Positions 54,184 to 64,000 of a DNA stretch of 64,000 nt are shown here, piece after piece (the first letter of the stretch is position 1; each line of letters opens with the position of its first letter). A program made the position numbers and the translations under genes. The stretch is from Octopus vulgaris (taxonomy: Eukaryota): contig OX597814.1 in NCBI GenBank assembly GCA_951406725.2, forward strand, positions 154,690,001-154,754,000, written 5' to 3'. A model generated the notes under the pieces. The model did not search any database. It worked only from the letters and a program-made list of their open reading frames with translations, and was not told where the DNA came from.

Positions 54184-54472
54184 GAGGTAACTAGAATGTG
54201 GAACCTGAAAACAGAAACAATTCCTATCATAGTAGGTGCATTAGGCATGATAAAAAAATATTCAGACAAATACATAACAAAAACACCAGGACTTACAAAC
54301 ACATATAACATACAGAAAATTGCACTACTAGGCACTGCACACATCCTACGCAGAACACTTTCCATACAATAACCATCAGAGCATCACAACAAATCACAGC
54401 ACATACCCAAGGCACACAGAGCTGCGCTCGGTAGTGAAGTGAAAGCACGCTATAAAAATAAAAATAAAACTA

Positions 54473-54478
<6 letters not shown>
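54180..54478 (+). mobile_element. 3' end of Dong/R4-like LINE, near-identical to 8380-8668
   Basis: IEVTRMWNLKTETIPIIVGALGMIKK...GTAHILRRTLSIQ* plus 3' UTR. (TAA)n on both sides. Confidence 0.9.
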
Positions 54479-54533
<55 letters not shown>

Positions 54534-54547
54534 TTAATAATAATAAT

Positions 54548-54895
54548 AAGTGTAAGTGCAGAGCTACCAAGGATCAACTCCTGATATGCAAAACTGTACT
54601 CAGAGATTGCAAGAGGAGTAAAAGTAAGTTAGCCATGTCATGGATCGACTATCGTAAGGCGTACGGTATGATACTACATTCTTAGATTATAGAGTGTATG
54701 AACCTTTTTGGTATTGCATCGAATGTTAAGCGATTGCTTGGAAAAAGTATGGCGAATTGGAGCTAACAGCATACGGAAGAAGTTTTGGGACAGAAGAAAT
54801 TAGGAAGGGCATCTTCCAAGGGGACTGCCTGTCTCCATTGATCTTTGTACTGTGCTTAATACCACTAGCACTGATTTTGAGCAAAGCAAAAGCTT
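54548..54895 (+). pseudogene. Reverse-transcriptase fragment of an R4/Dong-type LINE
   Basis: CRATKDQLLICKTVL...AMSWIDYRKAY...RKGIFQGDCLSPLIFVLCLIPL. Adjoins (TAA)n. Confidence 0.85.
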
Positions 54896-55104
54896 GACTT
54901 CGGCAAGATTTGAAATTAAAATACAAAAAGTCGGAAGAAGTACCAAATAGCATTTTGCTTTATGCTCAGATTGTTTTTCTTAATTCAACATATTAAACTG
55001 TTATTAATAAAGATGATAATGAAGAAGAAGATGACGGCGACGATGACAACGACGACGACAACGATCACAACGACAATGATGATGACGATGATGATGATGA
55101 TGAT

Positions 55105-56450
55105 ATCATTTATTTGTTTCAGGGGCATTAAACGAGGTTAAGATTAGAAGTGCTTACAATTATTTTGGAGGTTTACATAAACGATAAGAAAAATGGGGCG
55201 GGAGAGTCAGATAAAAAGAATACATAGCATACAAAATATGTGAACATATGGGAGATACAGTAATTTTGATGCAGGGGAACCTCTATGTTGAGTCAATCAA
55301 AGAACCTGACAGATTCAGGATCATGCTGACCAACAAAAGCATAAGCCCTTACCTGGCTTTTGTTCTTCAATACACAGGTACATGCTTAGAGTAGTTTCAT
55401 GTATCTTAACTGCAGTCACCCAATTTGGATATATTCACAAGGAGCGAGAACGTCCCTCAGCTCTCTCAGTGTCCTGTCCAAATGAAAGTTTAAAAAAACC
55501 CAATGTGGTCTTGATCAAAGAGGAAGGTATCTGTCCTCAATCCTTTCTGCCTCTTCCGTCACAAAATCTTTTTCACTATACCACTAAACAGAGGAACACC
55601 GTTTGCCCTGCCTTGTTAATGACATGGTGGACTTAGCCGATAGACACATTCGTCTCGCGCACGACAACAGTTGTCCGCCTTAATACTACAAGTCAGAAAT
55701 GCTCTGACACTGCATGAGCGCGTGAAGTGAAGTTTCTCTGTTTCCTGCAGATGTTGGACAAAACCCACAAGCAGTAGATATAAAAATGTATACGTAATAT
55801 AAGAAATATATGGATGATAAATTCTTTCCGCGACAAGAGAACGTCTAAATAGAGACAGCCAGGGAACCATATATATTCATGATCTCTCTGATCTCATACC
55901 ATTAGGGATGAAAAACGAACAAAGCAACATCCTACGTTTCAGTAATGAGTTCTCTGGAAACATTCTCTTCCTGATGACCTCCCATACAACTCAAGAACAG
56001 CCAAATTAGCAATATACCTCAAAGAAGACCTGGAGATAAAATGCTCAGCCTGCAATAAATAAATAAATAAATAAATATTCGTGAATATGTTTCTCGAAGT
56101 CTTGAAGAAGATAGTCATACAAACATGGAGTGCATTAGTGAACAGTTCTTCAAAGATCAAAGGGAAAACTGCTTCGAAACCCCCAGCTTCTAAATTCTTT
56201 TATAACCAAGTCAAAAATTCACATTTAAACCAATGATAATTTCTGTTCTTGGTTTTGTTGAGTTAGTGCCTAAGTCACAATTTGGATAAGCTAGGGTTTT
56301 CAGAAAAAGAAATCAACCAGCTAATTTGGCATATTCCGAATACAATCTGTAAGAGGAAGAGTCAAAACATGCAAGACTTTTTTCAAGTTTAAAATGTGGA
56401 CTTGTTTTCGTTATCTACATTCCAAAAATGGAGATTTGAATGTTTGTTAG
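55105..56450 (-). mobile_element. Highly decayed L1/Tx1-like LINE 3' region
   Basis: Minus-strand remnant of a zinc knuckle (C..ETSLHALMQC, ~55705-55760) and an AATAAA-containing end at ~55110. The left end is better supported than the right. Confidence 0.45.
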
Positions 56451-56669
56451 AAACAAGCTCCTGCTTTACAGGAAGATTTCAGGTAAAATCAGAAGAGAAT
56501 ATAAATACATACTTCGTGCACTCATACACATACAAACACCTATATGAATACAAATAATGAATATTGAACAACTCGTGTCCAAATATAGATAAAAAGGAAA
56601 GAATCTTTTGAGATGAGGATAATATCTAAAGTGTTAAAAAATCAGACTGTGTGATATTGGTAGCACCAA

Positions 56670-56892
56670 TATTTATTTCTTTATTGCTCACTCACGGGGG
56701 TCTAAACATAGAAAGGATAAATAAGGACAGACCAAGGGATTAAGTCGATTGCATCGACCCCAGTGCGTAACTAGTGCTTATTTAATCAACACCAAAAAGA
56801 TGAAAGGCAAAGTCGACCTCGGTGGAATTTGAACTCAGAACGTAATGGCACACGAAATACCGCTAGGCAGTTCGCCAGCTCGCCACCCTTAA
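56670..56892 (-). mobile_element. SINE family B with AGCACCAAT TSD
   Basis: AGCACCAAT at ~56662 and ~56894. Confidence 0.85.
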
Positions 56893-56994
56893 CAGCACCA
56901 ATTTTGCAACAGTATCCCCTACGTTGCTGTCAAATTTATGAACCAACCAAGAATTACTTTACCTTTTGCGGTAGAAGGATGTTAGCAGCAGTTA

Positions 56995-57292
56995 CCTTTT
57001 ATCTTTCACCTGTTTTGGCCATTGGAGTCCGGCTATGCTGGAGTATTGCCTTGAGGGGTTTATTGGAAAAAATTCACCCCAGTGTTTATTTTTAAGCCTA
57101 TTACATATTCTATCTTTCTCTTTTGTCGAACCACCATGTTGCGTTGATTTAAACAAACCGACACCGGTTGTTAAGTGATGATTGAGGTTTAAAGACAAAC
57201 ACAAAGAGACACACACACAATGCATACGTACATGCATACAAATATACATACCGCTCTGTGTGTGTGTATTTATATATATGTATGTATGTCTG

Positions 57293-57323
<31 letters not shown>

Positions 57324-57530
57324 ATGTGTGTGTGTGTTTGTGTGTGTGTATGTATGTATATGTGTGTGTGCGTGTGTGTGTGACAGAGTTCCATACAGTT
57401 TCTCTCTACCAAATTCACTCACAAGACATTGGCCAGTCCAGGTTTATAGAAGAAGACACCTGCCCGAGGTGCCGCGTAGTGGGACGGAACCCGAAAGCAC
57501 TTGGTTGCAAAGTAAGCTTTTTAACCCCAC
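56995..57530 (-). mobile_element. SINE family A, diverged
   Basis: Body, microsatellite core and head recognisable. Confidence 0.75.
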
Positions 57531-59083
57531 ATTTATCTCTGAACCAATAAATCATTTCTATCTCGTTGTGTGCTATCTAACCCTAACCTAGAATTCTACA
57601 CACTATCTCAGAAATAGATACGGTCAATATGAAGCTTCGTTACACTTTGCCAAATGCCCACTGGCTATGAAACTTTGATTTGAGACTCGTCGACGGTCTT
57701 CCGTGTGTTACTCATTTTACGAGCATGTTGTGCTTGATGAAAATTTACAAAACTTCGTTGTATATCAAATCCATGACCATCACTATATGTCACTGTTGCA
57801 ATTGTTTATCTCAGTGTCAGCACTGATCAAGCTGAGCCATGATTAAATAGTTCCAGCAGCCGAGGTCCTATAATTTTTTTTTTTATTCAGGCATAATTTA
57901 TTTAGAATTGCATTATTAAAAGCTCGTAGTAAAGAGAGTATAGTGTAACCTGGGGAAAACTAAGGATAATTTTTCTACAGATTCGAGCGTCGGAGGAGCC
58001 TGTTCTCGTTTGTTTGCGATCAATCACTTGAGGATATTTACGTTAACTTCTATGTCCATTTCTTATGTCCAATTTAGCCACGTGAGTCAGAGTGACTTTT
58101 GCAGCGCGTCTTCTTCGCTCTATTCCGGCGGGGCATCGCCTTTTTCATTTCGTCTGCTAGAACCATGAGAAACGTTTTTATATTGTGAGAGGCAAGATTC
58201 TCCGTTAATCCCAACTGAAATATACATTAGAACACAATTGTTATGCCCTCAGAGCAGATAAAAGAAACCATTGGATATGCTTGAAAAGACTGTGAAGTCT
58301 TTAAATGACACATACCTTTGAATTACAACAACGCCAGCATCAGCAATACCGATATTATGCTGTAGTAGATTCTGTCATTAATACACATCTTCTACAAAAC
58401 TGGCCTTGTGCCCAGGGAAGAAATCTCTACAGCATTGAACATTACTTAAGTTCTGCTATCAGCGGAAGAACATTGTTCTGAATCATTGTTTCTCACTTAC
58501 GTGCATTCCTAAAGCGCCTTCAGAAGAGAAGCGATTGCAACGTACAAAATTGTTAGTAACTATAGACGTATATATAATATTATACGTGTTCTTGTGTTTG
58601 GGGTTCAACCAGTATAATAGCATTCCGCAATCTGGTGGTTATTAAAGAAGATAAAATGAAAATAGAATGCTTTATAAAACCAACCAACCAGCCACCACCA
58701 CCACCACCACCACCACCACCACCACCACCACCACCACCACCACCACAACCACCACAACCATCACTACTACTACTACTACTACTGCTACTACGTGGCACGG
58801 CGCGGTGCATTTCACCTCGAAGCATATTTGCATGCTGCATACCTGATAGGCTTCGGTAGATAATGAGTTACTAATTGTTACTAGTTGTGTGAAGTGTTGC
58901 ATGGAGTTTTATATCAGAGCCTTAGACATGACGTCTTTCAGACAGACATATGGTGTTAAGAAGATTACATCGTTCAAAAGAAAGAGAAAAAAAAAATAAA
59001 ACAAAACAACAACAAAAAATGGAAAAAGAAAGCAGAATAACTTAAATGTCACAACATACCCAATGAAATATCAAAGCACAAAC

Positions 59084-59148
<65 letters not shown>

Positions 59149-59280
59149 GGCACATGCAGAGCTATTGGTATATAGTCAGAAAGTGCAGTCTTTGAAATTG
59201 CATATACATACATACAGACAGACATATAGACAGTCATAAATACATACATACATACATACATACATACATACATACATACG

Positions 59281-59312
<32 letters not shown>

Positions 59313-59319
59313 CATATAT

Positions 59320-59450
59320 CACCAACCACATGGTTCCGAGTTCAGTTCCACTGCGTGGCACCTTGGGCAAGTGTCTTCTACTATAGCCTCGGGGCGACCA
59401 AAGCCTTGTGAGTGGATTTGGTAGACGGAAACTGAAAGAAGCCCGTCGTA
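59320..59450 (+). mobile_element. SINE family A head fragment
   Basis: CCACATGGTTCCGAGTTCAGTTCCACTGCGTGGCACCTTGGGCAAGTG. Confidence 0.85.
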
Positions 59451-59457
59451 TTATTTA

Positions 59458-59493
<36 letters not shown>

Positions 59494-59644
59494 TGTATGT
59501 ATGTATGTATGTATGTATGTATGTATCTATGTATGTATGTATGTATATATGTATGTATGAGATCCATACAATAATTAAATAGAATTAGACACTTGGAGAG
59601 CCACGATATTCAAGAGACAAGTGGAAATGTCACTCTTGTATCCA

Positions 59645-60025
59645 ACCATCCTTCCTCCTCCTCCTTCTCCTCAGCATCATCATCGTCTTCGTCCTCCTCG
59701 TCATCACCGTCCTCCCTCCCCTCGTCGTCCTCCTCCCCCTCGTCGTCCTCCTCCCCCACGTCGTCCTCCTCTTTCTCGTTCTCCTCGTCTCCCTTGTCAT
59801 CCTCGTTCGTGTACTCCTCCTCCTCCTCCTCGTCATCGCCGTCTTCCTCCTCCTCGTCTTCGTCCCCGTATTCGTCCTCACCTTCGTCCTCCACCTCGTC
59901 CTCGTCCTCGTTCTCGTCCTCCTCGTCGTCCTCGTCCTCCTCCCCCGTCGTCCTCGGCTTCGTCCACTACCTCTTCCTCCTCGTTCTCCTTCTCCTCTAC
60001 CTCATCACCACCACCATCACCATCA
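59645..60025. repeat. (TCC/TCG)n trinucleotide low-complexity tract
   Basis: Degenerate triplet mosaic. Confidence 0.8.
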
Positions 60026-60157
60026 CGATCACTGGATATATCTGGATATATCACATCACTGGATATATCTGTGTCGAGTCCTAGAACGCACAGGGCAAGT
60101 TGGCCAATTACCATTGCGCATAAGTCATAAAGATCACCACATCATCCGTGAATGAGA

Positions 60158-60683
60158 CGCGAATTTTTTTCCCACGTGAATTCCGGACCCCAGTTATGAG
60201 CTCATTTGCATACAGCGAATCAGAGCTCAACTATCAAACTAATTTATGAGCGCGTAAGTGATGGGCGATAAGATAAGGTCGCTTGGGTAAAGAATGACCA
60301 TGCTTCTTTTCTCTTTTATGAATGTTTGTTGTTCTCGTTCTTGTTTCAACCATGGCTTCCTCTGCGTAGTTATTTGTGCTGTTGTTTACTTTGTAAAACA
60401 GTAAGGGGTTGCTTGCACATTTTCTCCATTCACATCTTTACCATACGGGGCCCAAACAAAATCCGATAATAGGTATAGATGCAAACCTATCTAATTACTT
60501 GTCTCCTTCTGAAATCAGGCATAACTTCGCGATCCGTCGATTTACAACACCCCTTTTCGTCTTGAGTTGACTTGGTAGAGTGTATTTGTTAACTTGACAA
60601 CAAGGTCAATGTGAGCTCTGATCGGCTGTATGCAAATGAGCTCATTACTGGGGTCCGGAACTCTCGTGGGAAAAAACTTCGCA
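60158..60683. mobile_element. Putative MITE with ~70-bp TIRs
   Basis: TTCCGGACCCCAGTTATGAGCTCATTTGCATACAGC..ATCAGAGCTCA vs TGAGCTCTGAT..GCTGTATGCAAATGAGCTCATTACTGGGGTCCGGAA. No clear TSD. Confidence 0.7.
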
Positions 60684-61229
60684 GTCCGTTGCAGGGTTAT
60701 TCATTTACAACTGAGTGGATTAGAAACAACGTGAAGAGAAGTGTATTTTTGAAGAACTCAGGGCACTGCCCAATCCACGAATCGAAACCACAGTGACACA
60801 CTGACAACTAGCCCATGTGTATGTATGTATGTATGTATGTATTATGTATGTATGTATGTATGTATGTATGTATGTATGTATGTATGCATGCATGTATGCA
60901 TGTATGTATGTATGTATATATGTATGTATGTATTTATGTAAGTATGTTTGTATGTATGTATGTATGTATGCATGCATGTATGTATGATGTATGTATGTAT
61001 GTATATATGTATTTCTGTATATATCATTATTCCATTATTGGAACTGTAAAAATCTGTAAAACATTCCAGAAGTTTATCATTTAAATAAATATCCGCATGT
61101 CTAGATATGTAACTCTGTGTATGACAAAACATACGTAAAACATACACATCTGCACATACATACATACATACATACATACATAATACATAATACATACATA
61201 CATACATGCATACATACATAAATACATAC

Positions 61230-61705
61230 TGTATTCCATTTCATTATGAGTGGCTATAGCTTATACCATATTGTGGGACTTTAGTTCTTTGTCCTCTGGA
61301 TTATCCTTCCGACGTATTTCATTATAATGTCCTAGCTATACCGTCACATCTCATCGGTAGATGATATCGTGATGACATTTTCGGACAACTGCTTATGATG
61401 TGGGTGATATCCTCAGTGTGAACTCCTCAAAGTCTGCATCGGTTGCTACACTGTACGGCTTCGCCTGCATCTCTATCCCTTTTGTGCATCAGGTACTTGG
61501 TTGACATTTCCTGTTCCTGGATTGCAAACGCATACTCTTCAAAGTGGGAGGTCATGCATACGTCCATGATAAACTGCTTTGATGATCGACGTTACTATCA
61601 TCACGGAGCTTTCTATTAACATATCCATACATAGTCATCTGCTCATATAGGATGATCCTTTCATCTGATGATATGTTGTGGTAGACTTGTGCGACTTCTT
61701 TGGTC
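61230..61705 (-). pseudogene. Fragment of another R4/Dong-type LINE ORF
   Basis: Minus strand: SHFEEYAFAIQEQEMSTKYLMHKR...CRL*GVHTEDITHIISSCPKMSSRYHLPMRCD (CCHC knuckle region). Confidence 0.8.
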
Positions 61706-61789
61706 ATGTATGTATGTATGTATGTATGTATGTATGTATGTATGTATGTATGTATGTATGCATGCATGCATGTATGCATGCATTCATAC

Positions 61790-62468
61790 AAACGGAATGC
61801 GTTCAAAAAGTATCCAACTTTAATTGTCTCCGACATAACTGACGCTGCGTGGGCAAAATCCTTTGGATGGGTGATGATACCACCCTTCTTGCGCATGCGC
61901 GAAACTTTCGCGCCGTTAGGCTGTACCCTGTTGTTACACCGAAAGTACACCAGCACCCTGGTGTACACCTAGAGTACAGGCGTGTAGTGCGCACTCGTCG
62001 GATTTGAGAGACTTCTGCTGCTCCGCCCATCACCTTGGGGGCAAATTTCGCCGACATTTTTCGCATGCTCAAATCCTCTGTTAAAATGTGCATTATTCTC
62101 ACTTCGTGAGCAATTTCCTAGATTGTTACACGACAGTCTTCCATGACCATTCTCGACTGACTCCTCGTTTGGCTTGTGGATGGCCTTTCTGAGCGTGCCT
62201 AACTCACCACTGGAGTGTGGCCATGTTTGAAGCGGTTCTTCCACTCTTGATCTGATTTTTGCTCATGGCATCATCGCCAAAGACCTGCTGAATCCTCTGA
62301 AAGGTTTCAGTTTGAGTATCACCAAGGCTTTTGACAAAAGCTGATGCCATATCTCTGCTCATTGCGTTCGGTGAAAGCGAAACTCCAACGAGAATCTATA
62401 GGATTTTACCCACGCGGCATTAGTTTTGGCGCGAAAAATATAAAGTCGGATACTTTTCGAATGCATCT
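61790..62468 (-). mobile_element. Internally deleted mariner transposon
   Basis: TIRs ATGCGTTCAAAAAGTATCCAACTTT / AAAGTCGGATACTTTTCGAATGCAT. HILTEDLSMRKMSAKFAPK. Confidence 0.85.
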
Positions 62469-63099
62469 ATTTTAACTAATTATTATAAGTTCAATTGCAA
62501 ACGTGCAAAAAAAATCAGCACTATGATTTTAACTGTTATATTAGTTATGCAATTACGACACGCCCTGCTAGCTCACAATGCACAATTGCAATGCACCAAA
62601 TCATACAACACAGAAAACAGTACAAAGACATTAGTGCACAATATATCCACAGTATATCTAGACCACACAGGGAAGTGCTAAAATAAATACACACACAACA
62701 TACATTATGCAACAGCAAAAACAAACATCTGACTGATGACATGAATTTATAAGTAATGTCTACATCAATCTCACATATACGTATACATAAGAAAACGTGT
62801 ATGCTGCGTATATTCTCACATACATGTGCATCTGCATGTCCATTTTATTGTATTCATTTAAATAGTAATGTTCGCTTTCTTTTTTTAATTCAATTTTGAC
62901 TGGCCACCTACTTGGTAGCAACGTCATGAAGAAAAGCATCTTATTCTATCCTATTTATGTTATAAATCATAAGATCCTGGAGATTTTTATAGTCTCACAT
63001 GTCGTAATCATTTTTAGATATGAATTTGTATTCTCTCCCCAAGAACCCAAATTCAGCCATACTTTGCTTCAGACGGGTTGGTACGCATTGTATGTATGG

Positions 63100-63205
63100 G
63101 GAGAATTCACAAAATCAAAAGACGAAGACAGGTGGTGTAGATAACAAATAGATGTCTTAGTATAACGCTCGGGAAGTAAAAAAGTCTTTAACGTTTCGAG
63201 ACTAC
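63100..63205 (-). mobile_element. Family F2 fragment (3' half of HHR only)
   Basis: Matches 21440-21550: GACGAAGACAGGTGGTGTA...TAACGTTTCGAG. Confidence 0.7.
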
Positions 63206-63619
63206 ATGTATGCATGCATGCGCACCTTTTTATGCCAATCTGATAACGTACCACTCCAGTATAACCAACGGCAAATACTGAGGAAATTTTCACAGGAAAT
63301 CATTTACAAGCAATGGTGTTAGAAACAGAGTGAAACCGAAACAATTGTCACAGAGGTGTACTCAATTCATTCTTCTTCATATTTATATAACAACGAAGGC
63401 AGCTATATGCAATATAAAACCAAAAAGGAAAATATTGAATTAACATTAATTATGACTGACGGTGCGGCAAAGAAGCACATTTCTATGCATAGACATGTTC
63501 TTCTTTGCGGCTCTAAAGGCTTTTAACTCTTATTTCTAGCAATACAGGTGCTACCCTGCACCGTCAGTCACAAATAATGACAATTATATATTTATATGTA
63601 TTGATATATACAGTATATC

Positions 63620-63885
63620 CACGTGATCGACCAGACTATCAGATGTTGTTATAGATCGCTAGTCACAATGCGCTTTGCATCGTTTTAGCTTTCGAATAAT
63701 GAGGTCCCACTGACTAGGCCCGCCCAACATTCCTTCGGATCGGAAGGCCACAACTGAATGGATTGGAGAAACTTGAAACGAAGTGTTTTGGTTACGAACA
63801 CAATGCCACAATGCACTGCGCGGTCCGGAAACCAAACACCGATTTAGCGATCGTCAGTGCAATACGCTGACCACTAGGCCACACA
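63620..63885 (-). mobile_element. Diverged tRNA-SINE (family C-like)
   Basis: Minus-strand A box TGGCCTAGTGG and a GAAACGAAGTGTTTTG segment like family C. Confidence 0.55.
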
Positions 63886-64000
63886 CACATACACGCTCGC
63901 ACACAGACACACACATACGCACACATACACACACATTGGTCACACGGCCTTCGAGAAATATATATAGATATATATACACACCAGATATATATATATATAT

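Noticed and set aside
55345-55360. Perfect minus-strand donor CAG/GTAAG
   Set aside because: It lies within a decayed LINE and no exon could be defined.
58840-58990. Possible minus-strand exon ending CAG/GTATG
   Set aside because: No adjacent acceptor with an open frame, so evidence is insufficient.
59593-60130. Ser-, Pro/Arg- or Glu-rich ORFs
   Set aside because: The (TCC/TCG)n tract is open on both strands in multiple frames, so it is low complexity rather than demonstrable coding sequence.

Overview
This is an AT-rich eukaryotic intergenic or intronic window, saturated with microsatellites ((TA)n, (CA)n, (TACA)n, (TATC)n, (TAA)n) and interspersed repeats. The repeat families resemble those of octopus (coleoid cephalopod) genomes; that assignment is my inference. 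No intact host gene can be supported, and almost all listed ORFs are microsatellite translations. Recognisable elements are three tRNA-derived SINE families (~35 copies, often nested), Dong/R4-type REL-endonuclease LINE fragments mostly in (TAA)n, a decayed L1/Tx1-like LINE, a full-length decayed Tc1, two internally deleted mariners, MITEs, two non-autonomous Helitrons and a Helitron helicase relic. The most striking signal is about a dozen minimal hammerhead-ribozyme (HHR) motifs in short, ORF-less, mostly (TA)n-flanked Penelope-like elements from several unrelated families. They have palindromic stem III and show three Watson-Crick variants of the core 3-8 pair (C3-G8, U3-A8, G3-C8). They are associated with inverted duplications, including a ~760-bp palindrome whose left end coincides with a predicted HHR cleavage site. 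All alignments and folds were done by eye, so boundaries are approximate unless stated.
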